Assembly: GCA_035524855.1 (NCBI GenBank)
Contig: DATKOC010000188.1
Location: 1 to 47,432 of the forward strand
Origin: a bacterium
Lineage (GTDB): Bacteria > Oederibacteriota > Muellerivitia > Muellerivitales > Muellerivitaceae
Direction: 5' to 3'
DNA length: 47,432 bases
Shown here: one piece after another, positions 1 through 7,159 of the stretch
Position numbering within the stretch: the stretch's first letter is position 1
How the letters are laid out: each line of letters begins with the position of its first letter
Notes under the pieces: model-generated
What the model saw: only the letters and a program-made list of their open reading frames with translations
What the model was told of the DNA's origin: nothing
The model's database searches: none
Made by a program: the position numbers and the translations under genes

Positions 1-385
1 ACTTTTGGATGAGCGTGTCCTTTTGCGCAGTGGCCAGGGGCATGGCCGTTAAAACCCGGGCGATGGCCTTTCCCTTGAGTTCGTAGCAAAGTCTCTCATA
101 ATGATCCGCCACGGCCTTGAAGTGTTTCATGCGCTTTTTCATGATGAGGAGCATCAGAAAATTCTCCATCGTGGTGGACAACTTCTTGTTCAACAATTGG
201 CGGAGAGCCTCCAGTTTCTCGTGCACCTTGGCCCGGGGTTGTTCCAAAATGGCCTTCAAATCAGGATTCGCCTCCACGAGTTTCTGAATGGCCTGGATCT
301 CGGTGGCGATGCTATCCACGGCCTTCTGTTCCTGCGCCACTTGTAAAAGAGCCACGGCATATTTTTCGGCGATAACGGATTCCAT
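1..385 (-). CDS. atpH: F-type ATP synthase subunit delta (OSCP), N-terminal part; the gene runs off the left edge
   Basis: It is missing from the ORF track because no stop codon lies in the window. Manual minus-strand translation from the ATG at 383-385 gives MESVIAEKYAVALLQVAQEQKAVDSIATEIQAIQKLVEANPDLKAILEQPRAKVHEKLEAL..., which looks delta/OSCP-like. A GGGGGAGG Shine-Dalgarno lies 5 nt upstream. The gene sits directly after atpF, as in canonical atp operons. Confidence 0.75.
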   Translation of the reverse strand, partial: MESVIAEKYAVALLQVAQEQKAVDSIATEIQAIQKLVEANPDLKAILEQPRAKVHEKLEALRQLLNKKLSTTMENFLMLLIMKKRMKHFKAVADHYERLCYELKGKAIARVLTAMPLATAQKDTLIQK

Positions 386-408
386 GATGTCCTCCCCCGC
401 GAGCGGGG

Positions 409-897
409 TTAATTTTTATGGCTTTCCAATTCCCGGACGCTTTCCTTCACGATCTTCTCTTGAACCTTCGCATCCACCGAGGAACGGATGATCTTCTCGG
501 CGATATTGACCGCTAAGAAACCCACTTCCTTTTGAAGCTCCTGCGTGATGGCCTGCCGCTCGCTCTCGATAGCCTTGCGGGCATCGGCCAAGATCAGCTC
601 CGCTTCCTTGCGGGCCGTTTGGATCGCCTCCTCACGGGCCTTGGCCGCCTCCTGCCTCGTCCGCTGGAGAATCTCGGCGGTGTTTTGTTCCAGCCCCTTG
701 ACCTTGCTCTCGAACTCGGCTTTCAAGGCTTCGGATTCCTTTTGCCGCTTCTCAGCCGTCGCGATCTGTTCCTCAATGCGTTTTTGGCGGCTATCCATCC
801 ACCCTTTCAATTGGGGCAGGAATATCTTCGAGGACAGCCACATCCCCACCAAAAAGGTACTCAATTGAAGCAGGAACACTGTCAGATTAAATTCCAC
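409..897 (-). CDS. atpF: F-type ATP synthase subunit b
   Basis: 162 aa with one N-terminal TM helix (LTVFLLQLSTFLVGMWL) followed by a long charged coiled-coil rich in A/E/K/R/Q. GTG start with GGAAGG 6 nt upstream. Lies between atpE and atpH. Confidence 0.85.
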   Translation of the reverse strand: MEFNLTVFLLQLSTFLVGMWLSSKIFLPQLKGWMDSRQKRIEEQIATAEKRQKESEALKAEFESKVKGLEQNTAEILQRTRQEAAKAREEAIQTARKEAELILADARKAIESERQAITQELQKEVGFLAVNIAEKIIRSSVDAKVQEKIVKESVRELESHKN

Positions 898-955
898 GTT
901 GAACCTTCCGTTTAATCATGCGGCGGGGTTTCCCCGCCGCGGATTCAAGAACCAC

Positions 956-1315
956 TCAGCCGGCGATGAAAAGGCCCTTAAAGGGATTCGCGTAAAGCAG
1001 GATCATGGCCACCGCCAAGGCGTAGATGGCGAGGGACTCGATGAAGGCCAAACCGATGAACATGTTGGTCTGGATGGTGCCAATCATTTCCGGCTGGCGG
1101 GCCATGGCTTCCAAGGCCTTCCCAACCGTGTTGCCCATCCCGGCTCCCGTCCCGACCGTCCCCAATCCCATCGCGATGCCCGCGCCCAAGATGGTCAACC
1201 CGAAGAACCAGACGCTGCCGTCCGCCGCCTTGGTCCCCGTGCCTTCCGCCCAGGCCGCGCCCGCGAATGCCACAAAGATGAACATCGCCGCCAACACCCA
1301 CAAGTTCCTATTCAT
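956..1315 (-). CDS. atpE: F-type ATP synthase subunit c with a signal-peptide-like N-terminal extension
   Basis: ORF 956..1366 trimmed to the ATG at 1315, which is preceded by AAGGAG. It has the Gly-rich helix 1 (GTVGTGAGMG), the ARQPE loop and the carboxylate helix FIESLAIYALAVAMILLYANPF. The N-terminus MNRNLWVLAAMFIFVAFAGAAWA resembles a cleavable signal peptide. Confidence 0.9.
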   Translation of the reverse strand: MNRNLWVLAAMFIFVAFAGAAWAEGTGTKAADGSVWFFGLTILGAGIAMGLGTVGTGAGMGNTVGKALEAMARQPEMIGTIQTNMFIGLAFIESLAIYALAVAMILLYANPFKGLFIAG

Positions 1316-1403
1316 TCTCGACTCCTTAAAATTTTTGAAAGAATCCTCAAGGACAAGCGGGGGCAAGCCTCAAGGAATCCCGCGTGCGCGGGAACACCGA
1401 CTG

Positions 1404-2210
1404 TCAGTGGGCCCCTTCCTCATGCTCCTCATGTGATTGCACCGCCCCACCGATATAAAGCATGGCCAGGAACATGAAAACAAAAGCCTGGATAAAGGAA
1501 ACGAACACACCCAACACCGTGATGAGCACCCGCAAGATACCGGGCGCGACCGCGACCATCTTGGAAATGAAATTATCCCCCCAAAAGGCCCCAACCAGAA
1601 GGATCGAAACCGCGAGGATTTTCTCTTTCCCCATCATGTTCCCGAACAAGCGGAGGGTGAGGGAAAAGGGCTTCACCAATTCCCCTACCAAATGGATCGG
1701 CGGCATCATGATCCATAGGATCGCGCTGATTCCCTTTAACATGATTTTCATCCCGGTGGTGGCCTTGGGATCCACTTGGATGGAGGGCGGCAGAAAATGG
1801 GAGATGTATTTCCCCAATCCTTTCTCCTTGATTCCCCAATAGTGAGTGGAAAGAAAAACAATCAGGGCCATTCCCACATTCATGTCCACCCGGCTGGTTG
1901 GACAGGCCAATCCAGGAACAAGACCCATGAGGTTGGAAAACAGAATGAAGGTGAAAAGATAAAAGAAAAGGGGAAAGAAGAATGGCGCATGCTTGCCCAC
2001 CAGTGATTCGGCGAAGCCCTGGACGAATTCGATGATCATCTCGAAGAAATTCTGGAGTCCCCGGGGGACCGCGCGCAAGTTTTTGCGGGCCAGGACAAAA
2101 AGAACCATTAACAAAAGGGACAGAAACCAGGAAGCGGTCAATGGATTGACGGCGTTGTCCATCCCAAAAAAGCCAAAGGGAATAAACAATGGATTCTGGG
2201 CCGTCTCCAT
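1404..2210 (-). CDS. atpB: F-type ATP synthase subunit a
   Basis: 268-aa polytopic membrane protein carrying the conserved a-subunit arginine motif (FSLTLRLFGNMMGKE). Position is upstream of atpE. Confidence 0.9.
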   Translation of the reverse strand: METAQNPLFIPFGFFGMDNAVNPLTASWFLSLLLMVLFVLARKNLRAVPRGLQNFFEMIIEFVQGFAESLVGKHAPFFFPLFFYLFTFILFSNLMGLVPGLACPTSRVDMNVGMALIVFLSTHYWGIKEKGLGKYISHFLPPSIQVDPKATTGMKIMLKGISAILWIMMPPIHLVGELVKPFSLTLRLFGNMMGKEKILAVSILLVGAFWGDNFISKMVAVAPGILRVLITVLGVFVSFIQAFVFMFLAMLYIGGAVQSHEEHEEGAH

Positions 2211-2347
2211 GAATACCTTCCAAAGAATAATGAATTAAGGGTGGGCGTCGAAAGAAAAGAGGCGTTGAAAAAGGGGAACTTTAACGAAAAAGCTGCTGAA
2301 AGCGGGGGTAGTCTAATGTTTTCCCTTCCGGGGGTCAACCTTTCCCA

Positions 2348-2779
2348 CTAAATATTGGAGGAACTTTGATCCAATCCGGAAGATTTGGCGGCGCGCCAAG
2401 AAAAAAGGCTGAAGACAAAAAGGAACCAAAAGTAACTGACGAAAGCGCCTCCTAGGCACTGGGGAGAAACCTTGAGAAAAGCCACGCAAGCAAGGACCAG
2501 GGTCAACCAACGGACTCCGTTCCAAAACCAGAAAATTTTTCGTCCACCCTCTTCCCCCACCCTCAAAACCTTTTCCGTCAGTATTTTCAGGCTAAAAAAA
2601 TAGAGGGAAAAAAATACGCTTCCCAGGCCCAAACCTACTCCAAAATCCCGGTACCCGATATGAAGCACGACAAGCGCGGCCAGGATCCCCCCGCCAAGGG
2701 TGGTGGCTGGCACCCAGAGAAGCAGGGGATGTACTCCGGATGAACCCGAGGGAAAGTTCTTTCGGGGGGCGGCGCTCAT
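2348..2779 (-). CDS. atpI: ATP synthase protein I-like small membrane protein
   Basis: 143 aa with four hydrophobic segments. Its ATG overlaps the stop of the upstream atpZ-like gene as ATGA, and it lies immediately upstream of atpB. The assignment rests on position and topology only. Confidence 0.55.
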   Translation of the reverse strand: MSAAPRKNFPSGSSGVHPLLLWVPATTLGGGILAALVVLHIGYRDFGVGLGLGSVFFSLYFFSLKILTEKVLRVGEEGGRKIFWFWNGVRWLTLVLACVAFLKVSPQCLGGAFVSYFWFLFVFSLFSWRAAKSSGLDQSSSNI

Positions 2780-3015
2780 AGTCGGGGGTCCTTGGGATTG
2801 TTCCGGATCAGGACCTTCAAGTCCTTATAAAGAACCACATAGCTAGCGATAACACCGAAGAAAAACCCAGCCATGATCGCCCAATCTCCCAGATGAAGAT
2901 ATTGACGCGCCAGAAAACCCAATCCAACGCCCGCGAAGGTGCAGAAAACAAAGTTTATGCCGAGGGTTGAGAGTCGTAAGAGATTGGCGCTGGCGGATAG
3001 TTTTTCCTTGTCCAT
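2776..3015 (-). CDS. AtpZ/AtpR-type putative F0F1-ATPase accessory membrane protein
   Basis: ORF 2776..3126 trimmed to the ATG at 3015 (MDKEKLSASANLLRLSTLGINFVFCTFAGVGLGF...), which has GAAGGA 7 nt upstream. It has two TM helices, the size and pattern typical of the small proteins that open atp operons. Confidence 0.6.
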   Translation of the reverse strand: MDKEKLSASANLLRLSTLGINFVFCTFAGVGLGFLARQYLHLGDWAIMAGFFFGVIASYVVLYKDLKVLIRNNPKDPRL

Positions 3016-3287
3016 GTCCCGTCCTTCTCGATCTGAAAAGCCGCCTTGATATACACATCCTCGGGAACGAGCAGGCCCTCCACCCTGACCTGGTCCTCCT
3101 TGACGATGACGAGCCCAAGGCCGCAATCATCCTGAATATCCCGGGGCCGGGGGATCAGCTTGAAACGCATGCGCTTCTTTTTCAGGATCGACTCGGCGTG
3201 CATGGTCTCATGGGTGGTGTGGAACAAGAGGACGTAATGCTTGTCGGTTAAATCCAACCGTCCGGGGAAGGCGTCGGAAGCGGTCAT
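2955..3287 (-). CDS. DUF3343-like protein (putative Se/S carrier-like fold)
   Basis: The core HYVLLFHTTHETMHAESILKKKRMRFKLIPRPRDIQDDCGLGLVI matches the DUF3343 pattern (beta-alpha with AE..L...liP.P..i...CG). The 3' end overlaps the atpZ-like start by 61 nt in another frame. Confidence 0.55.
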   Translation of the reverse strand: MTASDAFPGRLDLTDKHYVLLFHTTHETMHAESILKKKRMRFKLIPRPRDIQDDCGLGLVIVKEDQVRVEGLLVPEDVYIKAAFQIEKDGTWTRKNYPPAPISYDSQPSA

Positions 3288-3299
3288 GGGAGGCGGATA

Positions 3300-3803
3300 T
3301 CAGCCTTCGTGGGCCTGGCCGGGCAAGTCCTTAAAGTCCGTGGGCGAAAGGTTCTCCAGGAATTTCTTGAACTCGCTCATCTCTTCCTTGTACTTCTCCT
3401 TGTCCACGATGGTAGCGTTGATAACCACCTTTTCGGCCACGAAGATGGGTGAATTCGTTCGCAAAGCCAGGGCGATGGCGTCCGAGGGACGGGCGTCGAT
3501 CTCGAATTTCTCCGCGGTACCGGTGACTTCCAGAAAAATTCGGGCGAAAAAGGTGTTTTGATTGATGTCATTGACCAGGATCTTGGTGACCTTGGCCCCC
3601 AGTGTATCAATCACGTTCTTTAAGAGATCATGGGTCATGGGACGCGCGATGACCTGCTCGTTGAGCTGGATGAAGATGGCGGTGGCTTCCGCCACCCCGA
3701 TCCAGATGGGGAGATAGCGTTTCTCTTCCTCGTCGGTCAGGATGACCGCGGGGGTCTTGAGGTTGGGGTCAACCGCGATGCCCCGAACTTTCATTTCGAT
3801 CAT
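3300..3803 (-). CDS. Bifunctional nuclease family protein (BFN/DUF151)
   Basis: 167 aa. The stretch VILTDEEEKRYLPIWIGVAEATAIFIQL...RPMTHDLL...ARPSDAIALALR is characteristic of the DNase/RNase BFN family. ATG with GGAG 8 nt upstream. Confidence 0.8.
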   Translation of the reverse strand: MIEMKVRGIAVDPNLKTPAVILTDEEEKRYLPIWIGVAEATAIFIQLNEQVIARPMTHDLLKNVIDTLGAKVTKILVNDINQNTFFARIFLEVTGTAEKFEIDARPSDAIALALRTNSPIFVAEKVVINATIVDKEKYKEEMSEFKKFLENLSPTDFKDLPGQAHEG

Positions 3804-3929
3804 TTTAAAACTCCATTTAACGCCTTGAATTCGTGGAGAATCATCAACTTATCTTGAGAATCGGCTTTCGGCTTGGCAAGGGAAGGGATCAACCTACCGG
3901 AACAGGCACAAGAGGCTTCTTCGTTTGGG

Positions 3930-3958
3930 ATTATAAACCCGATTCCGGCCCCTTTCAA
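3930..3958 (-). promoter_or_regulatory. Near-consensus sigma70 promoter (TTGAAA-N17-TATAAT) reading toward the BFN/DUF3343/atp genes
   Basis: The minus strand reads TTGAAAggggccggaatcgggttTATAAT, with the -35 at 3953-3958 and the -10 at 3930-3935. It lies about 120 nt upstream of the BFN ATG. The -35 sits in the loop of a GGCCCC/GGGGCC hairpin (3947-3967). Confidence 0.5.
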
Positions 3959-3989
3959 TGCGGGGCCAAAAAGAAACCTATGCGCCGTT

Positions 3990-4556
3990 TCATTTTTTCC
4001 ACAGGTCCGCCTCGCTGAAAACCTGCGCCTCAAAAGCGTAGAGATTGGCTTTGTCCTTCCAGGCGTCCTCCGGCAAACCGGCTTTGACGCAGGTTTGGGA
4101 AATGAAAGTTTTCGCATCCCAGCGATATTCCATGGCCACCTGCGGGAGTAAAAGCCCGGAGCGGTTGCCCCGGCTGACAATCAGGCCGTGGACGCCCACT
4201 TCGACCTGGCGGGGTTCGATGGTTTTGGGGATGGTCAGGACCGATATCTCAATCTCGATGTTGGAAAGTTCCTCGTCCCGGACGGGCGGGAACCGGGGGT
4301 CCTGTAAGGCCGCGCTGATGGCGGCTTCCTGGACCGCTTCCGCCAGGGGCTTGATGGGATAAGGAAAACCGATACAGCCCCGGAGTTCCTCCAGCCAGAG
4401 GGTCACGAAGGTTCCACGCTTTTCCCGCAGGATCGGTGATAGGGATTCCACCGTCGGCAGGCGGCGTCCCTTTTGAATCGTGGTTTGGATGGAATAACGG
4501 GCCAGTTCTAAAAGCAGTTTCTGGTCTTGGGCGCTCACCATTTCAGACGGATTCAT
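3990..4556 (-). CDS. AMMECR1 domain protein (AmmeMemoRadiSam system protein A-like)
   Basis: RGTFVTLW...LRGCIGFPYP...DPRFPPV...SRGNRSGLLLPQV are AMMECR1 hallmarks. I prefer the ATG at 4556 (GGAG 8 nt upstream). The ORF track extends to a TTG at 4574 that overlaps the Memo stop. Confidence 0.85.
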   Translation of the reverse strand: MNPSEMVSAQDQKLLLELARYSIQTTIQKGRRLPTVESLSPILREKRGTFVTLWLEELRGCIGFPYPIKPLAEAVQEAAISAALQDPRFPPVRDEELSNIEIEISVLTIPKTIEPRQVEVGVHGLIVSRGNRSGLLLPQVAMEYRWDAKTFISQTCVKAGLPEDAWKDKANLYAFEAQVFSEADLWKK

Positions 4557-4570
4557 TTCAAACTCCAATA

Positions 4571-5413
4571 TCAATTTGATTTCACAAAGACCACCGCGCC
4601 ATAGCCCACCACGCGGTGATGATCCCCGGTGACGTCACCCGAATTCCGGGCGTCCAAGAGCTTGATTTTATCGGCCCCCACTCCCTTGGCGAACTTTAAA
4701 AGTACCGCGACAGGCTCCCGGCCGCAGTGGGTGCAGTAATAATCGGGATAGCCCCTTCCCATGATTTCCTGGTCAACCTTCTCCACCTGGCGTTCATCCC
4801 CTGAGAGGACCGCTTCGAGGAATTGGTGGTCGGCGGACACCGCCGTGTCGTAAAGGGGGTAATGGGAAAGGTCCGAGGAGGCCACAAAAAGGAAGGGTTT
4901 CTTTTTCCAGAGGGCCAATAAGCCTTCGGCTAGTGGCCGGATGGCCTGCTCTTTTCCTTGCCCCATCACGATCGGAACAATCTTGGCGCTCGGCAAGTAG
5001 CGCTGGATAAGGGGAAAGTGCACCTCGGCGGAATGTTCCCGCGAGAAGGCGGGCGTGATTTCCGCGATGCGGGAATCAAAATCCATCAGGAACCGACAGG
5101 CTTCCTGGTCCACGGGTATTTCCCCCAGGGGGGTCACTACCGACTGTCCGGCGAAAAGGGACACTCCCCGGAAGGAGACATAATGGCTGGGTCCCGCCAC
5201 CACCACCGTCTCCACGGGCCCTTCCAAGGACCGGTAACCCAAGGCCGCCAAGGCCCCGGAATAAGGATAACCCGCGTGGGGCAAAAGCATCCCGACGGTT
5301 TGCCCCGAAGGCAGCGCGGCCTTCTTCCCCCGCTCGAATTCCTCAAAAAATTCCAGGAGTCCCTTTCGGGTTTCGGGGTAAAAGGAACCAGCGACGACGG
5401 GTAGGAGTTTCAT
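4571..5413 (-). CDS. Memo family protein (AmmeMemoRadiSam system protein B-like)
   Basis: PVVAGSFYP, LLPHAGYPYSG, SSDLSHY and CTHCG are Memo/dioxygenase-B-like motifs. The ATG at 5413 (MKLLPVVAGSFYP) fits family N-termini. The ORF track start at 5449 is a GTG. Confidence 0.85.
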   Translation of the reverse strand: MKLLPVVAGSFYPETRKGLLEFFEEFERGKKAALPSGQTVGMLLPHAGYPYSGALAALGYRSLEGPVETVVVAGPSHYVSFRGVSLFAGQSVVTPLGEIPVDQEACRFLMDFDSRIAEITPAFSREHSAEVHFPLIQRYLPSAKIVPIVMGQGKEQAIRPLAEGLLALWKKKPFLFVASSDLSHYPLYDTAVSADHQFLEAVLSGDERQVEKVDQEIMGRGYPDYYCTHCGREPVAVLLKFAKGVGADKIKLLDARNSGDVTGDHHRVVGYGAVVFVKSN

Positions 5414-5488
5414 GGGTTCATCATAGGAAAAAGGCGGGTTTTTAACCACTCGACGCCACTCAACCGGGGTGGACGGGGGCGATGATTC

Positions 5489-6064
5489 TTAGGCGGAGTG
5501 CAGGAGCTTGGAGATTTTGTCCCGGGTATAGGGCCAAGCGCCGTCCGGAATGACCGCGAAGGACCCGGCGGTGAACATGGAGGTCTCCAAGGGCACCCAG
5601 GACTTGCAGCCCTCGTAAGCTGGCTTCATGGGCAATTCCAGGGGCACGGGCAAGGAATAAATCCGGGTGATGAAGACATAAAGGCCTCGCCAGTCCCCAT
5701 AGTTGAACTTCTTTTCGATGGCGGAATCGCTCATGACCGTGAAGGGCACAAGCCTCTTACAGGCCTCCCAATCGGTGACCTTCTCGATCTTTTCGGCGAT
5801 ACCGTAAAGGCGGAAATGGATCCGCTTGGGGTCCTTGTTTTCCTTTTCGATGGCGGCAAGCCTTGGGCGCCAATCAGCCTTGATGTCCTGGGACGATTCG
5901 TGCTCAAAGGTCGGGTATAGGAAGAACTCGGGATGCTCGGGCTTGAACTCCCCGCCCTCTTCTTGGATGCCGCCCTTGCGCAGGAGGATGGTCTGCTTCC
6001 CTTCCTCCAGGGCTTTCAGGACGACGGCCCATTCCTTGAGCGCGATATTATTTTGCGGTTTCAT
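5489..6064 (-). CDS. DUF1802 family protein
   Basis: 191 aa. The N-terminus ALKEWAVVLKALEEGKQTILLRKGGIQEEGGEF...FFLYPTFEH matches my recollection of the DUF1802 pattern. No functional motif was recognised. Confidence 0.55.
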   Translation of the reverse strand: MKPQNNIALKEWAVVLKALEEGKQTILLRKGGIQEEGGEFKPEHPEFFLYPTFEHESSQDIKADWRPRLAAIEKENKDPKRIHFRLYGIAEKIEKVTDWEACKRLVPFTVMSDSAIEKKFNYGDWRGLYVFITRIYSLPVPLELPMKPAYEGCKSWVPLETSMFTAGSFAVIPDGAWPYTRDKISKLLHSA

Positions 6065-6274
6065 AGGAAGATGATTATGTGGATTTCAACAATAACTTTC
6101 AAGCGTTAAAGACGCCGCATTGAAGTCTACAGCTTTCCCACTTCGCCCTTCGGGCTACGCGGGCCAAGCCAGCCGACCTGTCCGGTGAAGTCTTGACGGA
6201 GCCGGAAGGCATGGCATGGGAATCTTGGTCTTCGTTGAGCCATGGGCAAACCTATGCTTCAACCAGAATGGAGC

Positions 6275-7147
6275 TCACTTTGAGAATGCCATGAGGATGA
6301 CGCCCCCGACCACGATGAGCGTACCCGCTGAAATTTTTTTCCACTCGCGAAGGGGGAATTCCTTGAACACGAAAAGCGACCAGCCCGCGTAAACCAAGGT
6401 GTTGGAATTGACAATCGGAACCGCCCGAGAAAGCCCCAGGGACTGGATAGCCAGAAGGAACCCAGCCGTGCCGAAGACCCAAAGGCCTGCCGAACCGCAG
6501 CCCAGTAAAATATTGCGCCAGGCCCATCGGCCGGGCTTCGGAAGAAAGGCCAACAAAAGTGCGGCTAAGGCCCCGCCTAGGATCATGCCGCTCAAGGCAT
6601 CCATCGGAGTTAATTGGGCCCGGGGATACCAAACTTGGAGCGCCCGCATGGGCGCGAAATAGAGCCCCCAAAAAAGGCCGGCGGCCAAGCTCAAAAGCAA
6701 ACCCCTTTTCAGGTTCCCTTCCTTGGCCGGCGAGGCCGTGACCCGGGCCACCCACCAGGCCCCCAGGAACAGCAACACTCCACCGCTTAAAAGCAAAAAA
6801 TAAGCCCGGAAGCCCGTGGCCTCATGAAACATCACCAAGCCCACCACAATGTTGACGAAGGAATTAAAGTTAAAAAAGACAGCCGCCTTGGCCAAGCTGA
6901 TTTCCTCCAAGGCCATATTCCCGAGCCCCTGTCCACAAGCCCAAAGAAGGCCCGAAAGCATTGAGCCCCAAAACCACATGGGATCCGCCCAGAGGTTTTG
7001 AAGGGAGTCCCACAGGAACAAATCCGCCAAGAGCATGCCCAGTCCCATGACCGGGAAAAAAGACAGTCCGCGGACCGTGGCCAGCCGGGGCGGAACCAAG
7101 TAACTGCCGATAAAAAGGAAGGCGACAAAGGCGTATAGATAACCCAC
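6275..7147 (-). CDS. DMT-superfamily, GRP (sugar porter)-like 10-TM transporter
   Basis: 290 aa made of two similar 5-TM halves, hydrophobic throughout. The GRP/TMEM144-like assignment is tentative. Confidence 0.6.
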   Translation of the reverse strand: MGYLYAFVAFLFIGSYLVPPRLATVRGLSFFPVMGLGMLLADLFLWDSLQNLWADPMWFWGSMLSGLLWACGQGLGNMALEEISLAKAAVFFNFNSFVNIVVGLVMFHEATGFRAYFLLLSGGVLLFLGAWWVARVTASPAKEGNLKRGLLLSLAAGLFWGLYFAPMRALQVWYPRAQLTPMDALSGMILGGALAALLLAFLPKPGRWAWRNILLGCGSAGLWVFGTAGFLLAIQSLGLSRAVPIVNSNTLVYAGWSLFVFKEFPLREWKKISAGTLIVVGGVILMAFSK

Positions 7148-7159
7148 GCTAACCCCGCC

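Noticed and set aside
3800-4180. 126-aa ORF spanning the BFN leader and the AMMECR1 3' end; also small ORFs 34810-35004, 26341-26586 and 39034-39267 in spacers.
   Set aside because: They have no Shine-Dalgarno and their translations are basic or low-complexity. They overlap better-supported genes or promoter/terminator elements, and no family resemblance was seen.
6170-6225. CCGGAAGG-containing stretch reminiscent of SRP (4.5S) RNA domain IV.
   Set aside because: The flanking conserved SRP motif (GGUCCGGAAGGAAGCAGCC with a symmetric loop) is not present, and no matching long helix can be drawn.
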